Source of the DNA: the human T2T-CHM13v2.0 reference genome, Homo sapiens
Length of the DNA stretch: 64,000 nt
Reading direction: 5' to 3' (one strand)
Assembly: GCF_009914755.1 (NCBI RefSeq)
Contig: NC_060930.1
Under the pieces are notes generated by a model. That model worked only from the letters and a program-made list of their open reading frames with translations. It did not search any database and had not been told where the DNA came from. Both the position numbers and the translations under genes were made by a program. This document shows, in pieces, positions 41,371 to 55,962 of the stretch. How positions within the stretch are numbered: position 1 is the stretch's first letter; the number at the start of each line of letters is the position of its first letter.

Positions 41371-41789
41371 ACCCCTTTCCTATCCTTGACCATACCAGAA
41401 AAAAGGAGGTAGAGCAATGGTCGAAAAAAACATGACAGGAGATTGTCTTATCAGCACCTAACATCTGACCTCTGACCTCTGGCTTCAGTGCAGGGGAACT
41501 GAGAAGAGGAAGAGGTAAGGAACGCCACTGTAGCTCTTACATTTTTCATCAGAGTACTACCCCAGACATCAGAGGAGGTGAAGTACATGCCCCAGGACAC
41601 CAAGGTGCAGCTTGAAGCAATTCACTGCATGCTAAAAATTCTTTGATTTTGCATGTTTGCGTAAGACTACATGCTACATCTGTTTTATCACTGTAAAAAA
41701 AAAATGATGTGTCAAACTACTCATCATTGAGCAACAGGAATTTTCAGAGCGGTGGCCGTATTTGACTCATGGTTTTGGGCACAGATGTC

Positions 41790-42031
41790 ATGTCATGCTT
41801 GGCTGAGAGTCTGGGCTCTGGAACTAAACTGCCTGGATTCAAGTTATGTCTCTACCTCTTGCTATAACAGATACTTTGGGCAAGTTCCTAATCTTTCTGT
41901 GCCTCAGTTTCTTTATCTATATCATGGGGATAGCAGCAGTGCCTACTTCAGAGCATTGTTGAAAGGATTAGGAGTTAATATGCATCAAATACTTGGCATG
42001 TGTGTTCACTAAATGTTCATTTTTATTATTA
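41790..42031 (+). mobile_element. MIR SINE
   Basis: ctgggctctggaactaaactgcctggattcaag...ttgggcaagttcctaatctttctgtgcctcagtttc. Confidence 0.85.
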
Positions 42032-42759
42032 TGAGTTACTTTCTGGAACTCTACACCAGTCCCTAGATCCTACTTGAAAAGCAGTGAATGACACAGCAAA
42101 GATAAACTTGCCAGGGAAAAACCTGAACATTGATTCCTATTTCAGAAGTGTTTTTGCTGCATTTGCAAGAACCTTTCGGCATAGACTTGTATTCTAACCA
42201 CATTCAAGTCAGAGTCCTGAGTTCAATACAAATGAAACATGTCTCCCCTTTTTTTTTCACCAAGCTGGCTAAGGAGTCTTGCTCCATGAAATGAATTGCT
42301 GAATAGTATAAAGAAGAGTGCACAGGGAATTGGCCCTGCAGTTTTATGTATTGACACTCTCCATACTCCCCCTTTTTTCCAAGTGGATAAACACTATGTT
42401 TCCACGATGGTGACAGTATCCATGTCCTCCGTGGCAGCTACTTTGTCGGCTCCATTAGGGAAGTCTGAAAGGTTGTGGAGAACGTCAACAGAGTTCAAAT
42501 GCAGGCCTCCTGTGGCAGGCTCTTAGTTGGAATGTGGTACAACGAGAACCTTCTGAAGCTCGCCCAAGTTAAACACAGGATTTGTCACACACACGGCAAG
42601 GACATAAAACTGGTATATGGTGGTGCCTCTGGTTTTCTGAAGTGCAAGACCCTAGCCCAGCAGTTAGAGTTGGGGCCCCAGAGCTCTGCAATGGGGGTGG
42701 CTGCTTTAGTGAGTTTCCTTTTAATTGAATAGGCTTAGAAGCCAGAATCCTTTGTTGTA

Positions 42760-42955
42760 TGCAAGAAACAGTCACCAGCTGTTTTCTGTTTCCACTAAGG
42801 GCAGGACAAGAGGAAATAAAATGGATCAAACAACACGGACAGGATTTAGCTTAGATACAAGAGAAAACATCCTGATAGTGAGGATCATTGAACAGTCAAG
42901 GAGAGTTATGTGATGAAGTAGACAATCTCCTTCCCGAATATTTTTTTTAATAAAA
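42760..42955 (+). mobile_element. CR1/L3 LINE 3' fragment
   Basis: agggcaggacaagaggaaat...gatttagcttagatacaagagaaaacatcctgatagtgagg...aatctccttc. Confidence 0.65.
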
Positions 42956-43709
42956 CCCCAATATGGCTGAGGAGAAGGCTCTCTGAATCAGTGACTAGCA
43001 GCCAACAGTACTGATTTACTAACTCCTGATTTTCTGAAATATTGGTGGAGAATGAAAGGCCCTCCAAGCTAAAAAATGTACCACATTCTACCATAATCTT
43101 GGTTAATGGGCTTCTCTTTTAAAAGGTATTAAATACTGCCAAGTGATCCCATATATCACCCATTTCTACCAGTAAATATCACCAGAATCAGATGACCTCC
43201 TAAAGCCCAATCACGATGCTTCTCCCAGGGAATGAGGTTTATTGAGCTCATGAGAAAAGGCCTGGATCCATCCTGGACCACACACTGAAGGTGGCCCTGG
43301 GTACCAGAAGGAAGGGCAGCTGGGAAGTTGGAGAGGATGAAAGGGAAGCAGGAAGACCCTGCACCCCTCATCATCTTCATTATGGTTTTATCAAAGTCCC
43401 CATTGACCTGCTGGGCTGGAGAGGAATGCTGAAAATCCTCTCCAGCCCAGTTCTGGCTCCATCCTATGAGTTTCTAATGTGGGAATTAGAAGACTGTCAA
43501 GATTCCTTCTGGACTTATGCTCTGATCCTGCAATGCCTCTATTTCCCCAAAAGCCACACATTCTATCTACAAAAGAAGCTCAGAGAATCCCAAAAGGGAG
43601 GAACCCTGACATGAACCAGGGCATGGTGAAATCATTAGGGATGCCATTGGGCCACCATAGGAGAAGAGCTTATACTAGGAAAAGCAAGAGCTTATATATA
43701 CTTTAATGA

Positions 43710-43875
43710 AAATAGTTGACATTTATAAAGCCAGTAAAATATTCCAACAGCTTTTATACATTATCTTATCTAATTCTCACAACAAGCCTCTATTATCCCC
43801 GTGCTAGAATTTGAGGAGTTATCACACAAAGAGGTTAGAATCATTCCAACTTTCCCAGCTACAGGTGGAGGAGTT
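43710..43875 (-). mobile_element. MIR-family SINE
   Basis: aatagttgacatttata...cattatcttatctaattctcacaacaa...attatcccc...gaggtta. Confidence 0.6.
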
Positions 43876-46800
43876 GGCCACACACTCCTTATACTCCCTG
43901 GGAGTGTGACGTATGAGGCTCTGTTCTCTTTCTTGAGTCTCTGCTCCCTTGGTTCTCTCTTCACTCTTCTTTCCAATGAACTTACGGGGTGAGACTGGAT
44001 ACATCAGGACTGGGAGACACCAAAGAGCCCTTGAGAAACATAGCAAGGAATGAGAGGCTCAGACCAGGAATCAAGGGAGAAGGCTAATCCCTTTGCCTTT
44101 CAATCATGTCCTCCTCTGGTAGCAGAAGAAGTAAACCCAAAGGAAAACACTCTCGCTGCCACTCCCCCCTCCCATAACCAATCACTCGCTTGCCAGAAGA
44201 AAGCTTCAAAATCTTTGTTAACATCTCACTCTAGGTGCCAGTACTGGGACTAGCAATCAAAATGAAACCTGTTTGCTGTTCCTCTCCTTACACACAATCT
44301 GTCTTGTTTTAAGACATCTCAGACCCATTTCTAACTCAGGCATACATTAACCATAGCAGCACCGCCCAGTCAGTAAATCATGATGACAACAATAAGGGTG
44401 TGACCAGCTGGTTACACCAGCTCTGCTGTGCCACCAGCACTGCAATCCCCGTGCAGCCCCTGATAATGTTCAGAGCACCCCATTTTGCTGCCTAGGCCAA
44501 TTAAGGGAAGAGGTAGAAACAAATACCTGTGTACAGAGAAGAGTGTGCTGGAGAGGGAGATGGGGAGCTTGGCCTCAAACTAGTATTAGATGTGGAGGGT
44601 CCGTGAGGCTTCTCCAGGCTTACTCCAGTCCTGCAAACCACCTGTGGATCTTGTCACCAGCAGAAAGCAGAATGTCTTGAACCCTACTCCTGGAACTCTC
44701 TCGGCTTTTCCACATGGTGTCCCCTTTTACAGGACATCAGGCACCGTGAAGCTAAGCTTGGCCTTCTGGCTCCACTTTGACTGTCTTCTTGCCTCCCCAG
44801 TTCAGAGAAAGAAAGGAAGTGGAGTGCCAAGGGAGGCCAACCCGCGGGAAATGTTTGATTCTTGAAAGGACTTGAAGTGAGAGAGGTCATCCTAGACATC
44901 GAACAGGGAATGTTTCAGAAGAAGGAAGAGCCTAGCAGGAGAGAATATGGAAGACAGAAGAAGGGGTTGACCCTTGGTCACAGCAAATACAGCCAGATTC
45001 TCTCTTTCTGTCTTTCTTGAAGAAAACAGAAGCGTCTGGGAGCTGCTGGTGTTTCTCAGATAAACAAAGCAGGACATTGTGCTCATTCCTTTACATTTCA
45101 GTGACTGCCCTGAAAGGAAAGATGTCCATAAAGCAGTAGAGGAAAGGTTTGGGTTTTTGGGTTTTTGTTTATTTTTAAAGTGACTAGCTAGTTACTTTTG
45201 CTGCATGTGAGGATTTAATTCCAAGCTCACCTTCTCACATCAAGTCCAGAATGGTAACAGTAGACCTTTTCAGGAAAAGAAAAGGCATTTTTTATGATAT
45301 GATTTAAATAAAACTTCAGAAAACGAAGATGATGTGTGAAGAGGACAGTTGCCCTGACTCTGGCAAGAGGCTGAAAATGAGAAAAAGAGATGCAGGCAGG
45401 AGCCCACAAAAAGGCCAAGAAAGATAATGAAGGAAGAAAAAACAACGGGATCACAAAGAATGTGTGAACAGTAGAAGGTCTGACCCACCATTTGTTTATC
45501 CCTTCTTCTAGTTCTCCCATTGGGCAAGGTTGAATCCAAGAGAATTTGTAGGACGATAAGTGGAACTCAGTGTTCCACCATCCTCATCCTCATCCTCCAT
45601 ATTCAAGCACGTACTTGATAACCCAGCTCACACTTTCTTCCATGAGAAACCAGAAAGGAAAGATTCCCAGCAGATTCACAGGAAGTGCTGTGGGGCCAGC
45701 CCTTGACCAACTCTGTTGAAAGTCAGTGATGGGATGGAGAACTACTTAGAATTTACAGCGAGGCTCAAAGCCCCAGAGATGGTACAAATGGGTGTTTTCT
45801 TCTTCCACTCAAGTTGGCTTCTATGTTGAATCCCTGGATTTTGAGATAAGTAAAATGTTCCCTGTGAAAGTAGCCTGACTTTCACATCAGGCAACTTTCA
45901 TGAGTTTTAGGTTTATTCAGAACAGAAAACCACTAAGAGGGTCTTGTCATGATCTAGGAGCCTCAAAAGTACAAAAAGATCTAATACTCAGTAGTCCTTA
46001 GTGGTGGCTCTTGAATGGAAAAAGGGACAGACTGGGGGGTCTGGAAACAGGCAATAAAACCTGAGTTTCTGAAGTTTGCACAGGGGGTTTTTACATTCTA
46101 AGTGTATACAAAGATACTGAACAAACACATTGAATTTTCCACTGTTAATTTTTTGACCTATCTAAAACAAACAATTAACAAGAAAGAAAACCTGCATAAA
46201 CAAAATTTTCTCTTGACTAGTCCATTAAAGAGCATTTAATAGCTGCACACCATCAAACTGATAATCATTAAAAGGAAGGATAAGAAAAAGATCTCAAAGT
46301 TGGGGGGAGAAGGGGAAGATTCTAGATAAGGAGACGTGTTTCCTACAAACAAGTATGCAAACAAAATAGACCCTGCAAAAGGCACTGCTTAAGAGAAGGA
46401 AGTTAAACAATGGCTTTATTGATTTAAGACATGTGGATTTCATTAGGGAAGCAGAATGCACAAAAATGGGTTGTGATATCTGAAACGAGGCAAGGAGCAA
46501 AATTAGGTCACAGGGCTTCTCGGACAAAAGGAATGATGAATCTTTATTAGGTAATTGGACTCAGAGGTGAGAGGAAAAAAAATAACTCTTTTCTTCCCAA
46601 CCCCACTTCGGATAGTTTTTAAGCCTTCAAAGGTAAATCTACATGCTGAACTGTATGGCAAATCCCAGGGACCTACTCTTTTCGACACAGCATCTGCACT
46701 GCCAAAGAATCCCTCAGCCAGAAACTAGAGATTCCCTAGGAAAAACTCATGCTGATATGGAAATAAATAACGTAGAGATCAAAGCAATGCATGTAAGATG

Positions 46801-48208
46801 TCCCAATGGCCCCAACACGAAGCTTCAGCTGAATTCAAAAGTAGTAAAGTAGCAATAATAATATTTTTTTTTACTGGGATAGATGTTTTCCTCTTAAGAG
46901 CTCATAACCCATGGTAGCTTATATAAAAGCTGATATGCTATTCATGTGGGAGATCATTTTTAAAATAATGGACAACGAAGCAAAAATCACTGAACTGTTC
47001 TAGTGAGAACACTTTCACTTCAACAAATACTTAGAAAGTGTGATGGGAATACTTTTGCACAAACCTCTTAGTTCAGTTTTGACCCTATGGCCTGACATGC
47101 CCAGCCAAGGCAAAAATGTTTAATTAAGAGAAATGGGACTTTTAAGTTCTGTCAAGTTCTGTCTTTCTTCCTGTCTCCTTCCTTCCCTGCATTCCTTTTT
47201 CTAAAATTTTCACTTTTATCTTATGACCTAGCTGCCTCTTCCTGCTTCCCACCAAGAACTTGATCCCATAAAACTGGCCCTTCCCTGATACCCTTGCACA
47301 TCTGGTCTCCCCAGGATTCCATTTCCCCTAAGACCAGCCCAGGGAAGAGCTATTCATGTAAACCAACCTCAGGAAGAAGTTATTGGCCTAGTGATTTTTC
47401 CCGATCAGATGAGATTTACACTCAAATGGTTGCCTTAGATACCTTTCAACACACAATGTTATCAGTTGAGCCAAATAACTATGGAAGAATTTACTGACCA
47501 CAAAATGTAGTAGCCTTTTTATATCAAAGAGAAATAAATGATTTTTAGAGCACCTGATTTGTACAAGGTGTCCTGTTAAACTCTTTGAAATGACACAAAT
47601 ACAGCACTTAACCATCCTGAGTCCGAGGACTGCAGACTTCATGAAAGAAGTAAGCCAAGCATCTTCAGTGTGGGGCTGGTATGTGGCACAGGGAGGCATA
47701 CAGAGACGTGAATGGAAGTTCTCTGTATGGAGGAAGGGCTTGAAAGGGTTTTCCCCTAAGTGAAGGGATTGAGGAAAGATTTGCTAAGTAGTGCTTTTGT
47801 CTGCGTTTTTTTGAAGGGTTGAACAGGTATAGGGAGGATTAGGGCAGATTAAAAAATCTTGAGCAAACATGTGAAAAGTCCTACCAGGTGGTTTGCTCCC
47901 TTAGACAGCCCTCAGGGATGTCACAATGATGGAAGGCTCTGATGGCACAGACAAGGAAAGAGGGCTCCCAATGTCAGGCTTCCAACTCACAGCCTTCCTG
48001 CCAACCAGTGTAATCCAGGCTGGGAACCCAATTGCCTCCTGATGGATGTCATGGATAGAGCTATGTGGGAGAAGAAAGGGTCAGAAAGACATGTTCAGAT
48101 TCCATGTGACAGGCCCCAAATGCTATGCCAAGGAGTTTGAACTTAATTCCACGGGAAATAGGGAGCCTCAGAAAGCATGAAAATGTTTTCAGACTCCCAC
48201 ATGGGCAA

Positions 48209-48419
48209 GTGTGTGTGACTATGTGTGTGTGTATGTGTGAGTGTATGTGCAGGTTTGAGTCTGTGTGTGTGTGTGTGTGTGTTCATATGTGGATCTGTGT
48301 GGGTGTATATAAGTGTATGTGTCTGTGAGTGTGCATATGTGTAGATTTGAGGGTGTGTTTGTGTGTGTGCAGGTACGTGATATGTGTCTGAGTGTGTGTG
48401 TTAATGTGTGAATAGGGTG
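48209..48419. repeat. (TG)n-rich low-complexity tract
   Basis: Direct read. Confidence 0.9.
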
Positions 48420-48782
48420 TGTGTTAGTCCATTTCAGGCTGCTACAGTGAAATACCTTGGACTGGGTAATCTATAAACAGCAGAAATGTATTGCTTACAG
48501 TTCTGGAGGCTGGGAAGTCCAAGATCAAGGCACCAGCAGATTTAGTGTCTGGTGAGGGCCCATTCCTCATAGATGATGCCTTGTATGTTCCTCACATGGC
48601 AGAAGGGGAAGGGGCAAACAAGCTCTGCCAAGCCTCTTTTATAAGAGCGTTAACCCTATTTATGAGGGCAGAGCCTTCATGACCTAATCACCTCTCAAAG
48701 GCTCCACCTCTTAAGACTACTGCATTGGCGATTTTGTATCAACATATAAATTTGGGGGGGCACAAACATTCAGGCCATAGCA
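48420..48782 (-). mobile_element. MSTD-like MaLR solo LTR
   Basis: tgtgttagtccatttcaggctgct...ttctggaggctgggaagtccaagatcaagg...cacaaacattcaggccatagca. Confidence 0.88.
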
Positions 48783-49093
48783 GGGGACAGGGACAGTGGG
48801 GGAAGGTGCTGACAGAGACGGCCTAGTCAGTGTGGAGGAGAACTGAGCTTCATGCAGTGGGGACTTGATGGACTCTGATCTCAATCAATAGTTCCACCTG
48901 ATTCTTGATGTATCCCAGCCTTGGGAGGGAGGGCTGTCACCCTGAGGGCCTCTGCTGCCCAACCAGGAGCCAAGCCTCTGGCATTGACTCTCTCTGACAT
49001 CCACTGCCTGTCACTGAAGGCTGTCATTCACCCCCGCTTGCTTCTTCCCTTAGGGAATTGCAGGTCTTCCTCTTCTCTTCTTCCTGCCCTATT

Positions 49094-49508
<415 letters not shown>

Positions 49509-50470
49509 ATTTTTAAAACAGAGAACAAGGAAGAGATATGTGATAGGGTTTTATTTTAATCCTGTTTTTTAACCTGTCATTGATTTGCAACAGGACCTTG
49601 GACATGTTATGCAACTCATTTCTTCACTCTATAAATGTTGGCCAAAAGCCTAATGCAGCCCAGCACTGTGTTGCCTCTTGCTGGAGTTACTTTTAGGAAC
49701 AAAAACGGAGGCAGAGCTTACTAACAGGGGAGCTAGACATCACAACAAATTACGCCCATCTGGCAACTACATGGAGGAAAGGGCTGGGATCAAATGTACA
49801 AGGTACTATGAGAAAGTGTATTTGGGGGTCCTAATTTCATCAGTGGGGATTGAAGGAAGGGTCTTCCTCTGATAATTGGGGGTACTGGCACTGACCTGAA
49901 GGGGCTGCTGTGAAGATTACTCCTGACTGTGTGTGCCCTGGTGCCTGATAAAACGGTGGTGATTATTATTGTGGTGGAGGCCCAGTCCTGGAGCACTGCA
50001 GGGAGGCAGCAGGGTGGGACACACAGAGACCACAGCAGCCAGACACGGTCACTCAGGGGCAAAAATGTCCAAGAACTGAAGCCCAGACCTGCGAGAGAGG
50101 CTCACAGAGCCAAGCCCGGGGAGGCCCGCCAGCAGGCAAGCCAATTCCCCTACTCCCAGTGCAGTAGGAGAAGTGCGCCGTAGCCACGGTCTCCAGCCCT
50201 CCCACCAGACGCAGCTCTAGCCTCTCTTTTCCACCAATTCACAGCAGAAACCAAAAGGTGAAATGCATATGAGAGAATCAAAGCCACGCACAGTTTTCTA
50301 AGTTATAGCTATCTCTCAGGTCAATCCCCAGTTTGAAGTCTCCCTTGCTTCTGAAGGGTTCAAAGTAGCTGAACACAACTTTTCCATTACCCAGCAGCTC
50401 CCAGTAACAGGAGATGCTCTGTGTTCCCTGAATCATTGGCCTATTGAAGATAATTTTAGTGGGGTGCTTT

Positions 50471-50764
50471 AAACTACGGTAAAAAAAAATAGCATTTTTA
50501 ACCATTTTAAGTGCACCGTTCAGTAGCAGTAAGTACATTTACATGTGGTACAACCAGCCCGCCATCTATCTCCAGAACTCCTTTCCCCAACAAAATGAAA
50601 CCCTATACCCATTAAACAACTCCCACGCCTCCTGCTCCAGCCCCCGGCAGCCATCATTCTACTTTCTGTCTCCATGAATTTGCCTATTCTAGGGACGCCA
50701 CGCCAGTAGAATCAGACAGCATTTGTCCTTTGGTGTCTGGCTTAGTATAACGTCCTGGTGGTTC
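50471..50764 (-). mobile_element. L1MB-type 3' end
   Basis: ttttaaccattttaagtg...atctatctccagaact...acccattaaacaactccc...attctactttctgtctccatgaatttgcctattctag. Confidence 0.85.
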
Positions 50765-50894
50765 TAGAAGTTAATGCAGCTTCCACATGTGGATGAACCT
50801 GGGAAACAGGTTAAATGCTCAGCGCATCTGGCCAGAGAGTTATTATATTACAGCAGAGCATCACGAGAGTCAGCAGCGCTATAGGTCCGGCGTC

Positions 50895-51068
50895 ATGAGC
50901 TGTGTGACTGGGGGAAGTCACTTAACCTCTCTGTGCCCAGGCTTCTTCACATACGAAATGGAAATAATGACAGTACATATTCATAGGGCTTTCATGAGGA
51001 TCAAATAAATTACTATATGTAAGACACAGTAGTACCTGGCACACTGGGGACACTGGAAAAATATTAAT
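50895..51068 (+). mobile_element. MIR SINE
   Basis: gctgtgtgactgggggaagtcacttaacctctctgtgcc...aaatggaaataat...tgaggatcaaat...cctggcaca. Confidence 0.85.
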
Positions 51069-51120
51069 ATAATTTAAAATAAAGCACACACATGAACATA
51101 TGTCTAAATACATGATTACA

Positions 51121-51412
<292 letters not shown>

Positions 51413-54400
51413 TTATAAAGTTTCTATCCTCACAAAACACTTAGATATTTTTAAGTGATTATGATTAAAAAAATGAAACTACTCTCAAAAAGAATACCTT
51501 ATATTCATTTAGAAATTAAACATGAATTTTCTATTGGAAACATAGAAAGAAATTTAAATTCATCTATGACAGCCCTCAATCTTAAGAAAAAGATAAGCTC
51601 TAGAAGGATTCTAAGCAAGTTTAGAAAAGATATGCCCCAGACTTCCATTTGACAGTCTCTACAACCACTCAAGAAATGAGAGGTAAAACTTAAAACACTC
51701 AGTGATGAAGCAAAATGTTGCAATATTGGTAATGTTCACAAGTTGAGATCTAGAAATACTATAAGCAGTAAACTTCAAAGGGAAAAACATCCTCTATTAC
51801 TGCATATTTATGGAAGAAATTTCCCCATACTGAACAAAGAGATGTCTCTTTATCTCAGATAAACCCATTTTATGGATTTAAAAAAAAAACAACCTAAAAG
51901 ATCATTTTGAGTGTAGATTTTGCAATCAAAATCTTGACCACATTTTAACATTCTCCCTTCAGTCTTCTAATTCTCAGTCAGAGGTCATCATTGTCACTTT
52001 GTGGCTTGACTTTGCAGCCACGTCTTCCAAAGGCCTGTTGTCTTCTCACCGCAGCACCCGCAGGACGTCTGCAGGGAAGCTACGTTGCCTCCCTGAGGGC
52101 CTGCAGGCCTGCTGTGATCCAGCACCGTCATAGCCAGGTAAGATTTGCATTGTCTCTTCATCTGGTCACAGACGGGCTTTTCCCTTTTTATAAATTTGAC
52201 ACACAATAAACTTTGAGTGAGACCAAAATCAAGGAACCCAACGTGTGTACCAGGGATCCATTGAGAGGGTCATTTGCATCAGGGCATGAGTTTTAGAGTC
52301 CGACAGCTTGGAGGCAGGTCGTTGCTCTTGTTCGGGTCAGAAATCTGGTAGTTCTTCACTCCCAGCAGGACTGTAAGGATGAAGAATTCAACTGTTTTGA
52401 CTCTACACTTTCAGAAATAGAGCTTTCCTTTTTAGAGAGAATAGTCATAATTCTCTCTTATCTTACGCTTTCACTTGGACTTTTTGTGTGTGTGTGCTGT
52501 GCTGGCCTGATTAGAGTCTGTTGTCTTTAAGGGTTTTTCTGAAACGTTTACTCAGGAAACACATGGAATGCACTCTGACAAGTAAAGCCCACATCTCCAC
52601 TATTTACTGAGGCTTTTTGTTTTCACATATTAAATATCTCATGCCTTACCCAAATACTTTATTTGCCAATAAAGACCCAAGGCTTCAGGTGCAAGGAAAG
52701 GAAAGGGAACCAGTGGAAATCAGTGGAATCCCAGTAAGAGGGGAAATATTTCATGAACTTTATTTTTAAAAGCAGGTTTTTAGGGGTACTAGAAAATTCC
52801 CCAGACTTGTTTCATTAGAAAGAAAACACAGTATGTGTCAGAGTATGAAAACAGGAAAGGGTGAGAGAGTAGCCGTTGTTTGATCATCTCAATCAAGGGG
52901 AAATTTGTCTGAGGTAAACAGTTCTCAGAAACAGCAATAGTTTCACAGACTTGATTTTTAAAATAGTTTTGGTATCCTCCAAATCAGGCCTAGACTAAAA
53001 GTCTGCACTCCTTAGGACAATGAAGGCCAGTATAAGTCTTGCAATAATTAGGACTTGCAATAATTACCTTGGAACCCAAAATGGTGATGACTTTTTTTTA
53101 ATCATGGAGTAACTTAGAGATAACAATGTCTAATTTATGGAGATGAGAAAATAAAAACCAGACTGAGTTAAATATAGTTCTTACCTGCTGACAATAATAG
53201 CATGTAAATTGATTGAGAGGTAATTGAAGGAAAAGCATATGGATATATTTAGATTATTCAAGAGAATAAAATATTCACTAACATTAGACACATTGATTAA
53301 ATATACATGAAAAAATTCTAGGGATACACTAAAAGACTAGAAATAAACTGCATAACTTCCAAACTAGTAGAGGGAAAAAAAAGCAATACAGATAAGGCAA
53401 CTTATTTTATAAATTTCTATAATCATTATGTTGATTATATTTAAGAAATAAAAATTAAAGATGACTGCACTAAACATTCAATTTAAGAAGTCAACTTTGA
53501 AAAACAATATAGACCCAAAGATAGTAGGAAAAAGAAATAATAAAGGCAAGAGAAGAAGTTAATAAAATAGGAAACATAAAAGCTATAAAGAGGATCAAGA
53601 TGCTAAGAGTTATATCTTTAAAAACACTAATAAATGGATAAACTTCCAGCAAAACTGATCAAGAAAAGACAGAGAAGTTATAAATAAAAAATATTAAGAC
53701 TGAGATAAAAAGAGGACCAAACCACAGATGTAGCAGTAATTATAAAGATAAAAGAAGAATATTATAAGTTTATAAAAATAATTTGAAAAATTATATGAAG
53801 CAGCCAACTTCTCAGAAAAATATAAATTACCAAAAATGACTCAGGCAATAATAGAAAATCTGACTGGCTTGATAACTGTTAACAAAATTAAGTCAGTAAT
53901 TAAAAATCTTCCCACAAGAAACTCTAAGCCTAAATGGTTCTACAGGTGAGTTCTCACTAAATTTAGGAATAGATACTTTCAATCTTACCAAATTCTTCCA
54001 GCAAGCAGAAAAAGAGAAAACATTATCTCAACTTATTTTACAAAATTTGTAAAATCAGGAAAAAAAACTAATGCATTAAAAATAGAAGCAAAACTCTCAA
54101 CAAAATATTGACAGACTGAATTCTATATAATATAATCCTACATAATATGTATTATATCACAATCAAGTTAGGTTTATTCTAGGAATGCAGGGTTAGTTCA
54201 AACTCAGAAAAATCTATTAATATAACGGATCTAACAGATTAAAGAGGGCCAATTAATCATCATAGAGATTCAGGAAAAGCATTCAATGACATTCAATATG
54301 CAATAGACTAAGAATAGAAGAAAACTTTCTAGTTTGATCAAAGACCTTCACAAAAAAATGACAGTAAACACCCAATGTTGAAATACTAAAAATTATTCCC

Positions 54401-54888
54401 TTTGAAATTAGGAGCAATTCAAGAACATTTACTCTCACTTCTATTCAATATTATTTTAAGAGTCCTAGTCATCCTAGATAAATAAGAAACAAATGAAAGA
54501 TATAAATATCGGGAAAAAAGAAACAAAATTGTTACTATATGCAAATCATATAATTGTATGCATAGACCACCTAAAAAATTTACAGATATATTATTAACAT
54601 TAGAGCTTCTAGCCAGCTTACTAGCTATAATACCAATTTGTATTCTATATACTGATAACAAACATTTAGAATTTTACATTTTTTAAAAATACCATTTATA
54701 ATATCAAGAAATATATACAATACTGATGCATAAATATGAAAAAGATGTGCAATATTTTTCTGCAAAAATATTCTACAAACATTTATTGCAGAGATTTTTT
54801 AAATAACTAAATGGAGGAACATACTAACTTCATAGATCAGAAGGCTCAATTTTGCAAAGATGTCAGTTCCTAGAAAATTGATTTATAG

Positions 54889-55261
54889 TATTAACAGAAA
54901 AACTTCAGACAAATTAAGTTTAGCAGAATTTATTTGAGCAAAGAACATTTCATGAATCAGGCAGCACTCAGAACCAGAAGAGGTTCAGAGAGCTCTACCC
55001 AGAAGCATGAGCAGTGAGCTATGGAAATAGACTGAATATGGAAGCCAAGTAGAGAAAGCATCTGAATCGCTACAGCTGGCATTTGGCTTATTTTCTCATG
55101 ATGTAATCAGTTGGCTACCTGTGATTGGCTGAAACCCAGCCATTTGTTAGAAAAAAGTGTTGAGTTTAGTACACGCTAAGTTAGGCTGCAGTTTGTTGCA
55201 TAGGAAATCAAGGTACAAAGACAACCTCAGTTTACTGGCCTCCTGCTTATTTAATTTAACA
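54889..55261 (-). mobile_element. ERV1 MER4-group solo LTR (MER93/MER57-like)
   Basis: Minus strand starts tgttaaattaaataagcaggaggcc...ctgcagcctaacttag; tgattggctg CCAAT box; 4-bp TSD atag/atgg; host ORF2 resumes on both sides. Confidence 0.75.
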
Positions 55262-55739
55262 ATGGATTTCATGAATTTCTCATCAAAATCCCCAAGTGAC
55301 TTTTCCTGGCAATTGATAAACTAATTCTAAAATTTATATAAAAGAGTAAAGATCTTATGGTCATTAAAACACCCTTAAAGAAGACAAAGTATGTAGAGAG
55401 ATTTCCCCAGCCAGATATCAAGACTTCCTACAATGCTATAGTAATTAAGATAATGTAGTCTGTCTTAATAGGACAGACAAACAGACCAAAGGGACAAACT
55501 GAAGAGCCCAGACTCAGATCCATGCACATGTGAAATCTTGATATTTGTTGCAAGTAACATTACAGAGGAAATGTTGGATTATTTTCAGAGAGTGTGGGAC
55601 TCTTAGATATCTCCATAAAAATTTATATTGTCTCTCTGCCTCATAACTTACTCAAAAATGAATTATTGATGGACCAAGAATTTAAATGGGGGAAGCAAAT
55701 TTTTTAAACTTTTAGAAACATATCCCTATTCCTAAAAAA

Positions 55740-55962
55740 ATATATTAGAAGCATTTTGGGTAAAGGGCCATGATTTACTTACTTTACCATTAAAGGTTTC
55801 AAGAAAGAGATTTTCAAAAGTTGAGAGAGAGAATGCAAAAGAAAATGGGAGTAAAATGTAAATAATATGTGCATCTGGGAATAGGGTATACTGAGGTCCT
55901 TTGTACTATTTTTATCTTTTCAACATATCTATTAGCTTGAAGGTGTTTCAAAATAAAAGGGT
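55740..55962 (+). mobile_element. L1MC-type 3' end fragment
   Basis: gtaaagggccatgat...atctgggaatagggtatac...ctttgtactattttt...tttcaaaataaaa. Confidence 0.6.

Noticed and set aside
44380-44463. C/D box snoRNA (ATGATGA...CTGA, 84 nt)
   Set aside because: No terminal stem outside the boxes and no recognisable rRNA/snRNA antisense element
47549-47649. Plus-strand exon (donor GAA|GTAAGC)
   Set aside because: Weak, purine-rich acceptor context; no recognisable product
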